From Bryobacterales bacterium (lineage in GTDB: Bacteria; Acidobacteriota; Terriglobia; Bryobacterales; UBA6623), in assembly GCA_965247305.1 (NCBI GenBank), contig OZ252030.1, positions 189,262-253,261 on the forward strand: a stretch of 64,000 nt of DNA. Reading direction: 5' to 3'. Under the pieces are notes generated by a model, which was not told the origin of the DNA, searched no databases, and saw only the letters and a program-made list of their open reading frames with translations. Made by a program: the position numbers and the translations under genes. Every line of letters begins with the position of its first letter. The stretch's first letter is position 1. Shown here one piece after another: positions 28,290 to 37,670 of this stretch.

Positions 28290-29177
28290 GTGAAGTTTCG
28301 TACCTCGCTCTTAGTTCTTTGCTTAACGCTCGGCGCGGCGCCCGCAGTGGTAGTTGGCCAACCCGCGGAAGAAGACGTTGTCGTAAGAATTGGCGGCAAG
28401 GGTTATAGCGCCGAGCATCTCGAGCGTTTGCGAAGCTCATTGCCGCAGCAGTTTCAGCAGAATATCGATCACATGAACAACAAGGCGTTCGTCGACACAT
28501 ACGCGAACTTGTTAGCGCTTTCTAATGCGTCGGAACAGGCCGGTCTGCTCAACGAAGAGCCCTTCAAGTCGCAATTTGAATTCAACCGGCTGAACTTTTT
28601 GGCGCAGATTTACCTAGCTCAGATCAACTCCACGTTGTCCATCAGCGTCGAAGAAAAGAAGCGGTATTACGAAGATCATCTGGCGAACTACAGTGAGTCA
28701 AACGTATCGGCAATTCACGTCGAGTACGACCCTTTGCCCGAGCTCGCCGAGCGAGCCGGCCGCGAACCTGTGAGTGAGCAAGACGCTTGGGCCCAGTCAG
28801 AGAAACTGTTGCTGAGTCTGCGCCAAGGCGCGGAGTTTGCCGACGTCGCCAAAGATCACTCCGACGACAAACTTACCGCCGAGTCGGGTGGCGTCGTTGG
28901 CTGGCTGAGCCCCGACAGCGAACTGGCGCCAACGTTGAAAAAAGCTATTTTCGAACTTAAACAAGGGCAGGTTTCACAAGCTATCAAAGACGGCGGAAAG
29001 TTCTACATTTTCAAGATCAATAAAGTCCGAGCGAAGACGTACTCAGAGGCTCTTCCTGACATTTTGCGCAAGATCCAAAGCGCCAAGGTGCAAGAAAAGC
29101 TGGAAGAAATTCGCGCGACGATGCCCGTCGAGTTTACCGACGCCGATTTCGCCTTGGCAATGCCGGCGAAGAAGTGA
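28290..29177 (+). CDS. SurA/PpiC-type (parvulin) peptidyl-prolyl isomerase
   Basis: GTG at 28290 with GGAG 10 nt upstream. Signal peptide VKFRTSLLVLCLTLGAAPAVVVG. Parvulin block FADVAKDHSDD..TAESGGVVGWLS. Confidence 0.75.
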   Translation: MKFRTSLLVLCLTLGAAPAVVVGQPAEEDVVVRIGGKGYSAEHLERLRSSLPQQFQQNIDHMNNKAFVDTYANLLALSNASEQAGLLNEEPFKSQFEFNRLNFLAQIYLAQINSTLSISVEEKKRYYEDHLANYSESNVSAIHVEYDPLPELAERAGREPVSEQDAWAQSEKLLLSLRQGAEFADVAKDHSDDKLTAESGGVVGWLSPDSELAPTLKKAIFELKQGQVSQAIKDGGKFYIFKINKVRAKTYSEALPDILRKIQSAKVQEKLEEIRATMPVEFTDADFALAMPAKK

Positions 29178-29207
29178 GACGGTAGGCTTGCTTCGGCCCG
29201 CGGCTAC

Positions 29208-30182
29208 TCAGTAACGGGCCAAGTCGCGCGCCTTCTCGACAACCAAATCGACCCCAGGAAGAAATGCGCTCTCCAACGTCTGGCTAAAAGGCACCGGCGT
29301 GTCTGGCGCGGCGATCCGCACCATGGGTCCGTCTAAGTAATCAAAAGCGTGCTCGCCAACAATTCCCGCAAGTTCTCCTCCAAGACCGCCGGTTATGGTG
29401 TCCTCGTGCAGAAAGATCACCTTATTCGTCTTCTTGACTGTGTCGAGAACTGCGTTCCTGTCGAGTGGCACTAAGGTACGCAAATCGAGCACCTCGACGT
29501 CGACGCCTTCATCGGCCAACTGCGTCGCCGCGTCAAGCGCAACGTGAACCATCCAGCCGTAGGTAATGATTGAGAGGTCGTTGCCCGAACGCTGAACTTT
29601 CGCCTTACTGAGCGGAACAGTGTAGTCCTCAGTCGGCAGCTCTCCTTTCACCGAACGGTAGAGATACTTGTGCTCCAAAAAAATGACCGGATCGTTGTCG
29701 CGAATCGAAGCCTTCATCATGCCCTTGGCGTCGTAAGCTGTCGCCGGTTGAACTACCTTCAACCCCGGGGTGTGCACGTAGGGCATTTCAACGTTCTGAG
29801 AATGAAACGGACCTCCGTGAATGTTGCCGCCGGCCGGTGCCCGGATCACCATCGGTATCTGCTGTCCCCAACGGTAACGGCACTTGGCGGCGAAGTTTGT
29901 AATCTGATCAAACCCACAGGCCATGAAGTCAGCGAACTGCATTTCGAGAATCGGCCGCAGGCCATAGATCGCCGCGCCGGTTCCCGCGCCCACAATTGCT
30001 GATTCCGAGATCGGCGTATCGACCACACGTTTCTCGCCAAAGCGCTCGAGCAGGCCCATAGTGGCCTTGAAGGCGCCGCCGTATTCCCCAACGTCTTCGC
30101 CCATCACGAAAACATTCGGGTCACGCTCCATCTCTTCCCATATTCCAGAGCGTATTGCCTCTATGTAGGTGGATTCTGCCAT
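29208..30182 (-). CDS. 2-oxoacid dehydrogenase E1 component, beta subunit
   Basis: Contains EAIRSGIWEEMERDPNVFVMGEDVGEYGGAFKAT...RVVDTPISESAIVG, typical of PdhB/BkdA2-type proteins. Confidence 0.9.
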   Translation of the reverse strand: MAESTYIEAIRSGIWEEMERDPNVFVMGEDVGEYGGAFKATMGLLERFGEKRVVDTPISESAIVGAGTGAAIYGLRPILEMQFADFMACGFDQITNFAAKCRYRWGQQIPMVIRAPAGGNIHGGPFHSQNVEMPYVHTPGLKVVQPATAYDAKGMMKASIRDNDPVIFLEHKYLYRSVKGELPTEDYTVPLSKAKVQRSGNDLSIITYGWMVHVALDAATQLADEGVDVEVLDLRTLVPLDRNAVLDTVKKTNKVIFLHEDTITGGLGGELAGIVGEHAFDYLDGPMVRIAAPDTPVPFSQTLESAFLPGVDLVVEKARDLARY

Positions 30183-30218
30183 TGCAAAATTTGAGCGAGA
30201 GACTGGAGTTTCTCGTCC

Positions 30219-31226
30219 CTAAATACTTTCGTAAACGTTATCTTCAAGCGTCGCCGGGTCTGGGAACGGCTGCTCAAGAGCCCACTCAACGGCCTCGTCG
30301 ATCTCATCGAGAACGCCCTTGCGAAGCTGTTTGAAATCCTGCTCTGTTGCCCACTCTTGATCGACCATGTGTTTTTGCAGCATCAGGATCGGGTCTTTTT
30401 TCGACCACTCTTCTTTCAGCGACCCTGGGACGTAGTCAGCCAGGTCGTGCGCGGAATGTCCGCTCATGCGAAATGTTTTGCACTCAATGAGGTACGGGCC
30501 GTTGCCGGCGCGCACATGCTCCAACGCCCGCTGAGTCGCCTTAAATACCGCGATGACGTCGTTGCCGGAGACGATTTCGGCCGGCATGCCGTAGGCCGGA
30601 GCGCGCTCCACGACGTCGTCAACATTCATCTGGCGATCGATAGGAGTCGAGTACGCATAGTGGTTGTTGTTGCAAAGGTAGACGATCGGCAGGTCCATGA
30701 CCGAGGCCATGTTCAATCCCTCGTGCCAATCGCCCCGGCTCGTCGCGCCGTCCCCAAAATAGTTGAAAACGACATGCGGCTCGCCACGGTATTTCATGGC
30801 GAAAGCGAGTCCTCCCGCGATCGGGACGCTAGCGCCAATCGACGAAATAATCGGCACGCAATGGCGCTTCGCGCAGCCCATGTGCATGTTGCCGTCGCGT
30901 CCGCCCGTAAGGCCCGTGGCGCGGCCCAAATATTGCGCCAAAATTTCTTTCGGGGTGATCCCGCGAATGAGCAAGGCAGCCATATCGCGGTGGGACGGCG
31001 TTAGCCAATCGCCAGGCTGCGAAAGGATCGCACTTCCAACCGGAATTGCCTCCTGCCCACGCCCCGTGTAGCAGCCCCCTAAGACTTTTCCCTGCCTGTA
31101 TAACTTCGTTTCAATGCGGTCTTCCAACTCCCGCATCATCACCATATGATGCAGAAGCGTTCGGCAAAGTTCGAGGTCTACCTCGGTGGATAAGGTTGCG
31201 GCAGCAGGTGCGCTCATACCATCCAT
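30219..31226 (-). CDS. 2-oxoacid dehydrogenase E1 component, alpha subunit (TPP-dependent)
   Basis: TPP-binding region YFGDGATSRGDWHEGLNMASVMDLPIVYLCNNNHYAYST. Confidence 0.9.
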   Translation of the reverse strand: MDGMSAPAAATLSTEVDLELCRTLLHHMVMMRELEDRIETKLYRQGKVLGGCYTGRGQEAIPVGSAILSQPGDWLTPSHRDMAALLIRGITPKEILAQYLGRATGLTGGRDGNMHMGCAKRHCVPIISSIGASVPIAGGLAFAMKYRGEPHVVFNYFGDGATSRGDWHEGLNMASVMDLPIVYLCNNNHYAYSTPIDRQMNVDDVVERAPAYGMPAEIVSGNDVIAVFKATQRALEHVRAGNGPYLIECKTFRMSGHSAHDLADYVPGSLKEEWSKKDPILMLQKHMVDQEWATEQDFKQLRKGVLDEIDEAVEWALEQPFPDPATLEDNVYESI

Positions 31227-31421
31227 GCACGATATACCATGGCAGGCCGGTTTGCAACTTACACCACCACTCGGGTGGGGTATGTTGTGCTGTCAAAATC
31301 TGCGGCCCCCGCACGCGGACCGGTCCTCACAACCACCTCCTAAATGGTCCCTGTGGTGGCGCTGAATGCGCTCGAAATATACGGCAATTCGCTTTGGAGC
31401 GCCTCTCGCAGGCGACCTGCA

Positions 31422-32252
31422 TTAGCGTTTTAGGCCGCGCTCAATGCTGTACTTCCCCCTCTTGTCGATCATCGCGACGAGCCGAACAATGCAGCCGTCG
31501 CCTTCTTTCCAGCGCCACGGAAACGCCGCGAAGGTACAACGTTTACCCGTGACCTTGTCCAGATCTCCCCCGATGTTTTCGATTCCCGGTATGCCGACGC
31601 CGAGCAGAGCCCGGTGACAAGGCTCCCAGAGCGGGAAGTCTTCGATCACCTTTCGTCCGGTCTCGCGCTCGTACTCTTCGTTGACAGCCGGCAATAGCGG
31701 ACCGCCTGGTCCGTGCGGACCGATTGCAGTCCCCAGGGGATGATCGAGCGCCTGCTGATCGACGCCGACGAGTTTGACGCCCTTGGCGGCCAACCACTCG
31801 CCTGCCTCTTTGTAGAGACCCGGGCTATATCCGTAATACTCAACGTTGTCGCCGTACTTGTGGTGCCAGCCGGTGTTGATGATGACAATGTCGTTCTTCT
31901 CGATCTTGGGGCGCGCCTTTTCCAGATCCTCTGGTGTGATGACTTCCCACTTTTTCTTGGGGATCGAAACGGCGACGCCGGTCCCGAAGCATCGATCGAG
32001 CGGAATTTCTGATAAAAACGGCGCGCCCTCGACAACGTGAGCGGGAGCGTCCATATGTGTGCCGCTATGCATCACAATTTCAAGCTTTTGAGACAGCACG
32101 CCCGACTTTGCGTGGTAGTGAACGCGCTCGATTTTGACATCTTCAAAGTACGGCCAGTTGGGGACACCCAGCCCCCAAGGGTGGCTCAGGTCGTAAAACT
32201 CGAGATCGTCGGTATTAGGACGTTTACTTTTGGCTGAAGTCTTGGCTGCCAC
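31422..32252 (-). CDS. cyclase family protein (kynurenine formamidase-like)
   Basis: Putative-cyclase metal motif HSGTHMDAPAH. GTG start. Confidence 0.8.
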   Translation of the reverse strand: MAAKTSAKSKRPNTDDLEFYDLSHPWGLGVPNWPYFEDVKIERVHYHAKSGVLSQKLEIVMHSGTHMDAPAHVVEGAPFLSEIPLDRCFGTGVAVSIPKKKWEVITPEDLEKARPKIEKNDIVIINTGWHHKYGDNVEYYGYSPGLYKEAGEWLAAKGVKLVGVDQQALDHPLGTAIGPHGPGGPLLPAVNEEYERETGRKVIEDFPLWEPCHRALLGVGIPGIENIGGDLDKVTGKRCTFAAFPWRWKEGDGCIVRLVAMIDKRGKYSIERGLKR

Positions 32253-32316
32253 GGTCTAAATTCCTCCCGCGCTGGTCGGGGTGACGAACGCGATCGGGTA
32301 GTATAGCCCACCGAGT

Positions 32317-33099
32317 GTGTTAGCCTCTATTGCACTCGTGAAGGCGCATGAGGGGTTCAACATCGAGGGGAAGTCTGCTCTGGTTGTCGGGGCCGGCGGT
32401 GCTCTTGGCCGGACCGCCGCTCGTACGTTGGCTTCGATGGGTGCGCGTCTGACATTGGCGTCGGGCAACGGCGAACAGCTCGAATCAATCGCTGGCGAAA
32501 CCGCCGCGACCCAAACGGTACATCGTCGCCCCGATACGGAGGCTGACGCGGAAGCGATGGTGGCCGCCTGCGGCGCAATCGACATCTTAGTGGTCGCCGC
32601 CGGCACGAACATCGTTGGAAAAGCGCCTGAGATGGACCCTGCCGACTGGCAACGTGTGATGGACGCCAACGTTCGCGGATCGTGGTTAGTCGCCCGGGCC
32701 GCGGGAAAACAGATGATCGCGCGGAGAAGCGGTGGCAAGATCGTGCTCATCTCATCCACCCGCGGGAAGCTCGGTCACCCGGCGGGCTACTCGGCCTACT
32801 GCCCGTCGAAAGCGGCGGTCGATGGTTTGGTAAAGTCTCTGGCTTGCGAGTGGGGGGAGCATGGGATTAACGTGAACGGCATCGGTCCGACCGTATTTCG
32901 CTCGAACCTAACCGCATGGATGTTCGGCGACGACGAAAAGGCCACGGCCGCCCGAAGCGGAATCCTATCGAGGATCCCGCTAGGCCGTCTGGGCGAGCCC
33001 GAAGACCTTGCCGGCGTGCTGGCGTTTCTTGTTTCGCCCGCATCGGACTTTTGTACCGGACAGATTATCTATGTGGACGGTGGCTACACGGCGGGCTGA
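32317..33099 (+). CDS. SDR family oxidoreductase
   Basis: VVGAGGALGR Rossmann motif, catalytic YCPSKAAV, and a C-terminal TGQIIYVDGG. GTG start is uncertain. Confidence 0.85.
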   Translation: MLASIALVKAHEGFNIEGKSALVVGAGGALGRTAARTLASMGARLTLASGNGEQLESIAGETAATQTVHRRPDTEADAEAMVAACGAIDILVVAAGTNIVGKAPEMDPADWQRVMDANVRGSWLVARAAGKQMIARRSGGKIVLISSTRGKLGHPAGYSAYCPSKAAVDGLVKSLACEWGEHGINVNGIGPTVFRSNLTAWMFGDDEKATAARSGILSRIPLGRLGEPEDLAGVLAFLVSPASDFCTGQIIYVDGGYTAG

Positions 33100-33153
33100 G
33101 AAACCTAGCAGCCGCAAGAGCACCTGTACCCGGGACAGTAACGATTTACGATC

Positions 33154-34200
33154 TTGAGGAGGATCATGATTACTTTCAAACGATTCGCGCTGGCCGGAAC
33201 GGCAACCGTTCTCGGCGCCATGCTGTTGGCCGTATTTATCGAAGGCCCGGCCGAAGGTCAGATGCGGCGAAAGGGCAACAAAAAGGATGTCCTGAACTTC
33301 GTTGGCATGGACGAGAACGGCTTTCCGCTCAACGTCAATCCCGAAATTCTAGCGGCGGCTGACGCGCCTATCAGCGACAGTGACATGGTGATGGGAGTAG
33401 TCATCAATGGAGAGGCTCGCGCCTACCCGGTCAACTACATGAACGGGCCGACCAATGAGGTCGTCAACGACAGGCTGGGCGGTCAAGCAATCGCCCCAAG
33501 CTGGTGACCGATCGACCGTAGCGGCGTCGTGTACGACCGCAAATTCGACGGCAAGGAAATCAACTTCGGTGTGATCGGTGTAAACAAGGGCTCGCTGACG
33601 ATGTACGACGATGCGACCCGATCGTGGTGGAGCCAGCTTTTCGGCGAAGCCCTCAGTGGAGAAATGAAAGGCGAGAAACTTACGAAACTGCCCTCCACGA
33701 TGACCACATGGGATAAGTGGCAGGCGCTCCACCCCGACACGACGGTCTACGTCAAGAGCTCTATCCCTTACAACCCTCGCTTCACGGCCGAGACGTTCAA
33801 GAATTTCGCGTCGATGCCCGCCGGACCGCCGAAGCCGACCGAGGTCGTGCTGGGGGTCGAGGGTCATGTCCAGGCGAAGGCGTATCTGTTGCGGCGCCTG
33901 GCTAAGAATCGCCTGCGCAACGAGGAACTCGAAGGCAAAGGCATCCTCGTGTTTCTCAGCGACGACCATGCCACATCGCGCATCTATTCCGGGGAAGTGG
34001 ACGGGCGGACACTGAGCTTTGTGCCGGCGTCCGGCGACCGCATCAAAGACCGTGAAACTGGATCCGTCTGGAACGCGATCAACGGCAGGGCGCTATCGGG
34101 CCCGCTTGCGGGCAAGCAGTTGGGAGCGATGGCAACGACCTACGCACTATGGGATGTGTGGAAGCGCTACCGTCCGGATACAACGCTGGCCGAGGAGTAG
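33154..34200 (+). CDS. DUF3179 domain protein interrupted by a single in-frame TGA at 33505-33507 (selenocysteine candidate or pseudogene)
   Basis: Track ORFs 33154..33507 and 33529..34200 are in the same frame (both coordinate mod 3 = 1). Only the TGA separates them. The read-through is ...VVNDRLGGQAIAPSW-TGA-PIDRSGVVYDRKFDGKEINFG...SWWSQLFGEALSG, which is collinear with DUF3179. Confidence 0.65.
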
Positions 34201-34212
34201 CGAGCGACGCCA

Positions 34213-35685
34213 ATGAAGTCTGGAATGCTGATCGCTGTCCTGCTCTACGAGCTGATCGTTATCGGCGGGATCGGGTTGTGGCTGGCCAAACAGCGCTCCG
34301 GGCGCAAGCGTGAGGAAGGTGATTTCGCTCTTGGCGGCCGCAACCTTCCGGTTTCAGTCACCGCGATCACGCTGGCATTGACGGTTCTCGGGACGGCTCA
34401 CATTCTCGGCGTCTTCGAGATGTCGTGGTTCCTTGGTGCGTCGGCTGTATGGTTCAGCATCGCCCACGTCATCCTGCTAGTTGTTGTTTGCTTGAGCACG
34501 GGCCTGTGGTTCCGCCGACTCGGCTTGACGACGGTGCCGGAAGTTTTGCGGATGTTTTTTGGGCCTGGCACGGAGCTGGCTGTTTCGGCGGTCATGGCCG
34601 GCGTTCTGTTCGGCATCCTCACGGTTGAGGCTCAAGGTCTGGGCATCATCATGGCCTCGATGACCGGCTGGACCATTCGCGAAGGGGCCATGGTAGGCGG
34701 ATCGATGGGCGTGCTGTATGTAGTCCTGGCCGGCATGAAGGAAGTCGGCTGGATCAATCTGGTCAACGCAGTGGTCATGTACATCGGCCTGATCTTGAGC
34801 GTGATATTTCTGGCGCTACGGTTGCCCGGTGGCGACTATGAAACGGTGTCGACGTTTTACGCCGGCGCCGGACAGAGCCACATGCTCAGCATCTATGGCA
34901 ACGCGGATATCATGGTGAACTTCGCGATCGCCACGACGGTTGCGGTGGTGTTCAGCCAAGGCGTCAACCAGATGCTGTTGCAGCCGGCAATGTCGGCGAA
35001 AGACGAGCAAACGATTCGCAAAGCCCTGTGGATTGCGGCGCCGGTTAACGGGTTGTTCGGTGTCTTCGCGGTCGTCATTGGGCTGAGCGCCAAAGCCATT
35101 CCTGAGTTCAATGCGCTTGGCCCGAAGGTCGCGGCAACATCGATGCTGGTTGCCTACCTGCCGACGTGGCTTGCGACGCTGCTGCTGGCCTCGTTCCTCG
35201 CGGCAATTCTGTCGACATTCGCGATGGTGGCACTGGCGCCGGCAACAATCTTCAGCGTCAATATCTACAAAAATCTCTACAACCCCAAGGCCGACGAAGA
35301 CCGCGTCACACTCGTGACACGTTGCGCAATCGTCTTCTTGGCGATAGTAGCGATGGCGATCGCCGCCTATCTCCCGCCGATCCTGGCGGCGATGAACTGG
35401 CTATTCGCTTGGCTCGTCCCGATATTTTGGGTGATCGTGTTCGGATTTGTCTGGAAGCGCAGCAGCGGCGCGGCGATCAGCACGCTCGTAGCGGCATGGG
35501 TCGCGAATTCGCTTTGGTCGTTTACCTCGCTGCCGACGACGCTCGGATTATCGGCGGAATTCCCGAATGCATACGTAACTCTCGCCGTCACACTCGTCGT
35601 CGGAATTTTGTGCAATGCGACCATCGCCGGCGAAAACGGATACTTCCGTTCGGCCGAGTATCAAGAAAAATACGCGGGGCAGTGA
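34213..35685 (+). CDS. sodium:solute symporter (SSS) family transporter
   Basis: 490 aa with about 13 TM helices and an SSS-like pattern. It starts 12 nt after the DUF3179 stop. Confidence 0.8.
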   Translation: MKSGMLIAVLLYELIVIGGIGLWLAKQRSGRKREEGDFALGGRNLPVSVTAITLALTVLGTAHILGVFEMSWFLGASAVWFSIAHVILLVVVCLSTGLWFRRLGLTTVPEVLRMFFGPGTELAVSAVMAGVLFGILTVEAQGLGIIMASMTGWTIREGAMVGGSMGVLYVVLAGMKEVGWINLVNAVVMYIGLILSVIFLALRLPGGDYETVSTFYAGAGQSHMLSIYGNADIMVNFAIATTVAVVFSQGVNQMLLQPAMSAKDEQTIRKALWIAAPVNGLFGVFAVVIGLSAKAIPEFNALGPKVAATSMLVAYLPTWLATLLLASFLAAILSTFAMVALAPATIFSVNIYKNLYNPKADEDRVTLVTRCAIVFLAIVAMAIAAYLPPILAAMNWLFAWLVPIFWVIVFGFVWKRSSGAAISTLVAAWVANSLWSFTSLPTTLGLSAEFPNAYVTLAVTLVVGILCNATIAGENGYFRSAEYQEKYAGQ

Positions 35686-35920
35686 TAAGGCATGTTCTGG
35701 AGCATTTTCTTCAATAGTTTGGCCCTGATCGCGGGCATCATGGCGATCGGATGGGGAGTTGGCAAGTGGAAGAGTTAGTAGTCACACGCCTATGGATGGC
35801 AGGTGTCGTCGCCATGATGGCGCTATTTGGGCTGGTCTCACTGGTGGGTTATCTTCGGCAGAAGTAGCGAACCCCGCGGCGCCAGCACGTACTTTCACTA
35901 TTGGCAGGTCAGAAATGCCG

Positions 35921-36064
35921 GCTAGAGCATTTTCAGTAACGGCGTAGACCGTTCTTGAATGAAAAGCGGTGAAGCCGGTAATTCCTTGAGACTAGATTCC
36001 GCTGTCCGAAATCGGAGGCGCGACCGTAAGGGGCTGTGAAAAAACCTCCCCTAACTCGAGAATC
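35921..36064. repeat. palindromic intergenic element family 1, copy 2, long (left) arm
   Basis: Begins GCTAGAGCATTTTCAG. About 90 bp are highly similar to 15370-15460. It ends ...GAAAAAACCTCCCCTAACTCGAGAATC, which is mirrored at 39838-39870. Confidence 0.85.
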
Positions 36065-36085
36065 GGGCGTAGCAAGCTACGCCCC
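36065..36085. repeat. apex hairpin GGGCGTAGC-AA-GCTACGCCCC (flanking duplication, copy 1 of 3)
   Basis: Perfect 9-bp stem immediately abutting the IS left end. Confidence 0.85.
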
Positions 36086-36149
36086 CTGGAGTTTGGCTGT
36101 TCAAAGAGGGTTGAAGTTTGGGGTAGGGTGCGGAAATAGGGGATTGGCG

Positions 36150-37670
36150 TTAGCCGGAAGCGTAGATTGCTGCAGGCGGAGCGCCTCTTGGGAGTTTCTG
36201 CAGCTTCGTGTTGGATTGCGAAGTGTTCCGCAAGCCGCAGAAATGTTGCCGCTGCACGCCGTCCGCCCAAAGCTCGGCCCGCAGGTGGCTGATCAGCCGT
36301 TGCGTGGTGAGCCGTTGCGGCTGCGAGCGGCGTCGCCAGTGCGGTCGCGGCAAGGCGTCGTCCACGCCCTGTTGGCGGCTCCAACTCGCGCCCGCCAACA
36401 GCAGTAGCGCATACACCGCCGTCATAAATTGAGGGACCCGCTCGACCGCGTCCGGCTGCCGCACCTGCGCCTGTCCGACTCCCAACAGCGTCTTCTGCTC
36501 ACGGAAGTTGACCTCGATCTCCCAGCGCCAAACGTACTGCCGCACGATCTGCTCCAGCCCCAAACTCGGATCGCTGACAATCAAATACGCCGGCTTGCGA
36601 TACAGCACCTTCGAGCCCGCCCGCGGCCGATAACCCAACGGTGCGATCACCACCAAACGCAAGTCCCGCTTGCCTCCCGCCGGCCGCCAACGCAGCGGCG
36701 CGAGCGTCTTCACTTTGAACTGGTGCAGGCTGCCGGCGGCAAAAACCTCGACCGTTTGCCACGGCACGTTGTCGTCCTGGCGGAGTTGCTCGGGCGTCGG
36801 CGCGCGTTCGCCGTAACAACGCCTGCGGCCTTTGCCGGGCTGCTCGAGGGGCAGATGATACAGCTTGGCGTCGGAACGAATGCGGCCGATCAACGTCACC
36901 TCGGCGGGCAACGATCCGAACACCGTGCGGTTGGTGTAAGCGCCATCAACGACGAGGTGCAAGGCTCTGTCAGCGCCTCCGGGATCGGCGTTCATGGCCT
37001 CGCGCAAGCGCGCGATGTGCCTGGCGGCGAGGGCCGTCAAGCTGCACTTGCGAGCCTCGCGCCGGTACTGTTTCCAAACCTCGTCCGTGGCCTTCTTCGA
37101 CGGTCGGCGCGGAGTCGGCGCGTGTTCCAAGCCGATCGGAATGAGTCGCGCCGGCTGCTGCCGCTCGCTGGGAGGCAGTGCTGCCGAGAATTGCAAGAAG
37201 CGCTGCGCGAGAATCAAGTTGGCCTGAAACTTGGGTCCAAGCGGATCGCGCCGCCAACTCACGCCGGGCGTTTTGAGACTCGACTTGGCGAGCAGTGTAT
37301 CGTCGATGGCGACGACCAAGGGAGCCTCGGGCGGCAAGCGAGCGAGCACCTCGCGGCGCGAGGCATCGAGCAGGCGTTGCGGCTCGACGCGTTGTTGCGA
37401 GAACAGGCGGTAGCCGGCGCTCCAGTCCTGAAAGCTCTCGCCGGAGGCATGTAGCAGGCCGGTGATGGTGGAGCGGCCGAGGCAGACGGCGGCACCGAGA
37501 GCGAGGCGGGTGAGGTGGTCGTTCACGCTTTGTCGGGCGTGGGGGTTGAGGCCTTTGGCGAAGAGTCGGGAGAAGGTGTCGACGACTCGATCGGGAGTTT
37601 TTTTTTCAACTCGACGGGCGGAGGTTGCAAACGATTGAGCACGAGTTGGGAGCGGTCGAGCAGGATCCAT
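36150..37670 (-). CDS. DDE transposase frame of IS copy A (YREK-type, IS4/IS701/IS1634-like)
   Basis: D in VVAIDDT, D in LVVDGAY, and Y-x2-R-x3-E-x6-K in YVWRWEIEVNFREQK. In this copy the frame stays open upstream across the A9 run, so the 5' 48 codons overlap orfA. Confidence 0.85.
   Translation of the reverse strand: MDPARPLPTRAQSFATSARRVEKKTPDRVVDTFSRLFAKGLNPHARQSVNDHLTRLALGAAVCLGRSTITGLLHASGESFQDWSAGYRLFSQQRVEPQRLLDASRREVLARLPPEAPLVVAIDDTLLAKSSLKTPGVSWRRDPLGPKFQANLILAQRFLQFSAALPPSERQQPARLIPIGLEHAPTPRRPSKKATDEVWKQYRREARKCSLTALAARHIARLREAMNADPGGADRALHLVVDGAYTNRTVFGSLPAEVTLIGRIRSDAKLYHLPLEQPGKGRRRCYGERAPTPEQLRQDDNVPWQTVEVFAAGSLHQFKVKTLAPLRWRPAGGKRDLRLVVIAPLGYRPRAGSKVLYRKPAYLIVSDPSLGLEQIVRQYVWRWEIEVNFREQKTLLGVGQAQVRQPDAVERVPQFMTAVYALLLLAGASWSRQQGVDDALPRPHWRRRSQPQRLTTQRLISHLRAELWADGVQRQHFCGLRNTSQSNTKLQKLPRGAPPAAIYASG

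Noticed and set aside
29208-31226. E1 alpha/beta genes without adjacent E2/E3, considered as an orphan or unusual complex.
   Set aside because: Unlinked E2/E3 genes are common and may lie outside the window. Nothing in the sequence itself is anomalous.
36429-37454. 341-aa plus-strand ORF inside each IS copy (also 38306..39331, and split in copy C).
   Set aside because: It is antisense to the DDE transposase and has an Arg/Leu/Ala-rich composition. It is broken by a synonymous transposase-strand change in copy C, whereas the transposase frame is preserved.
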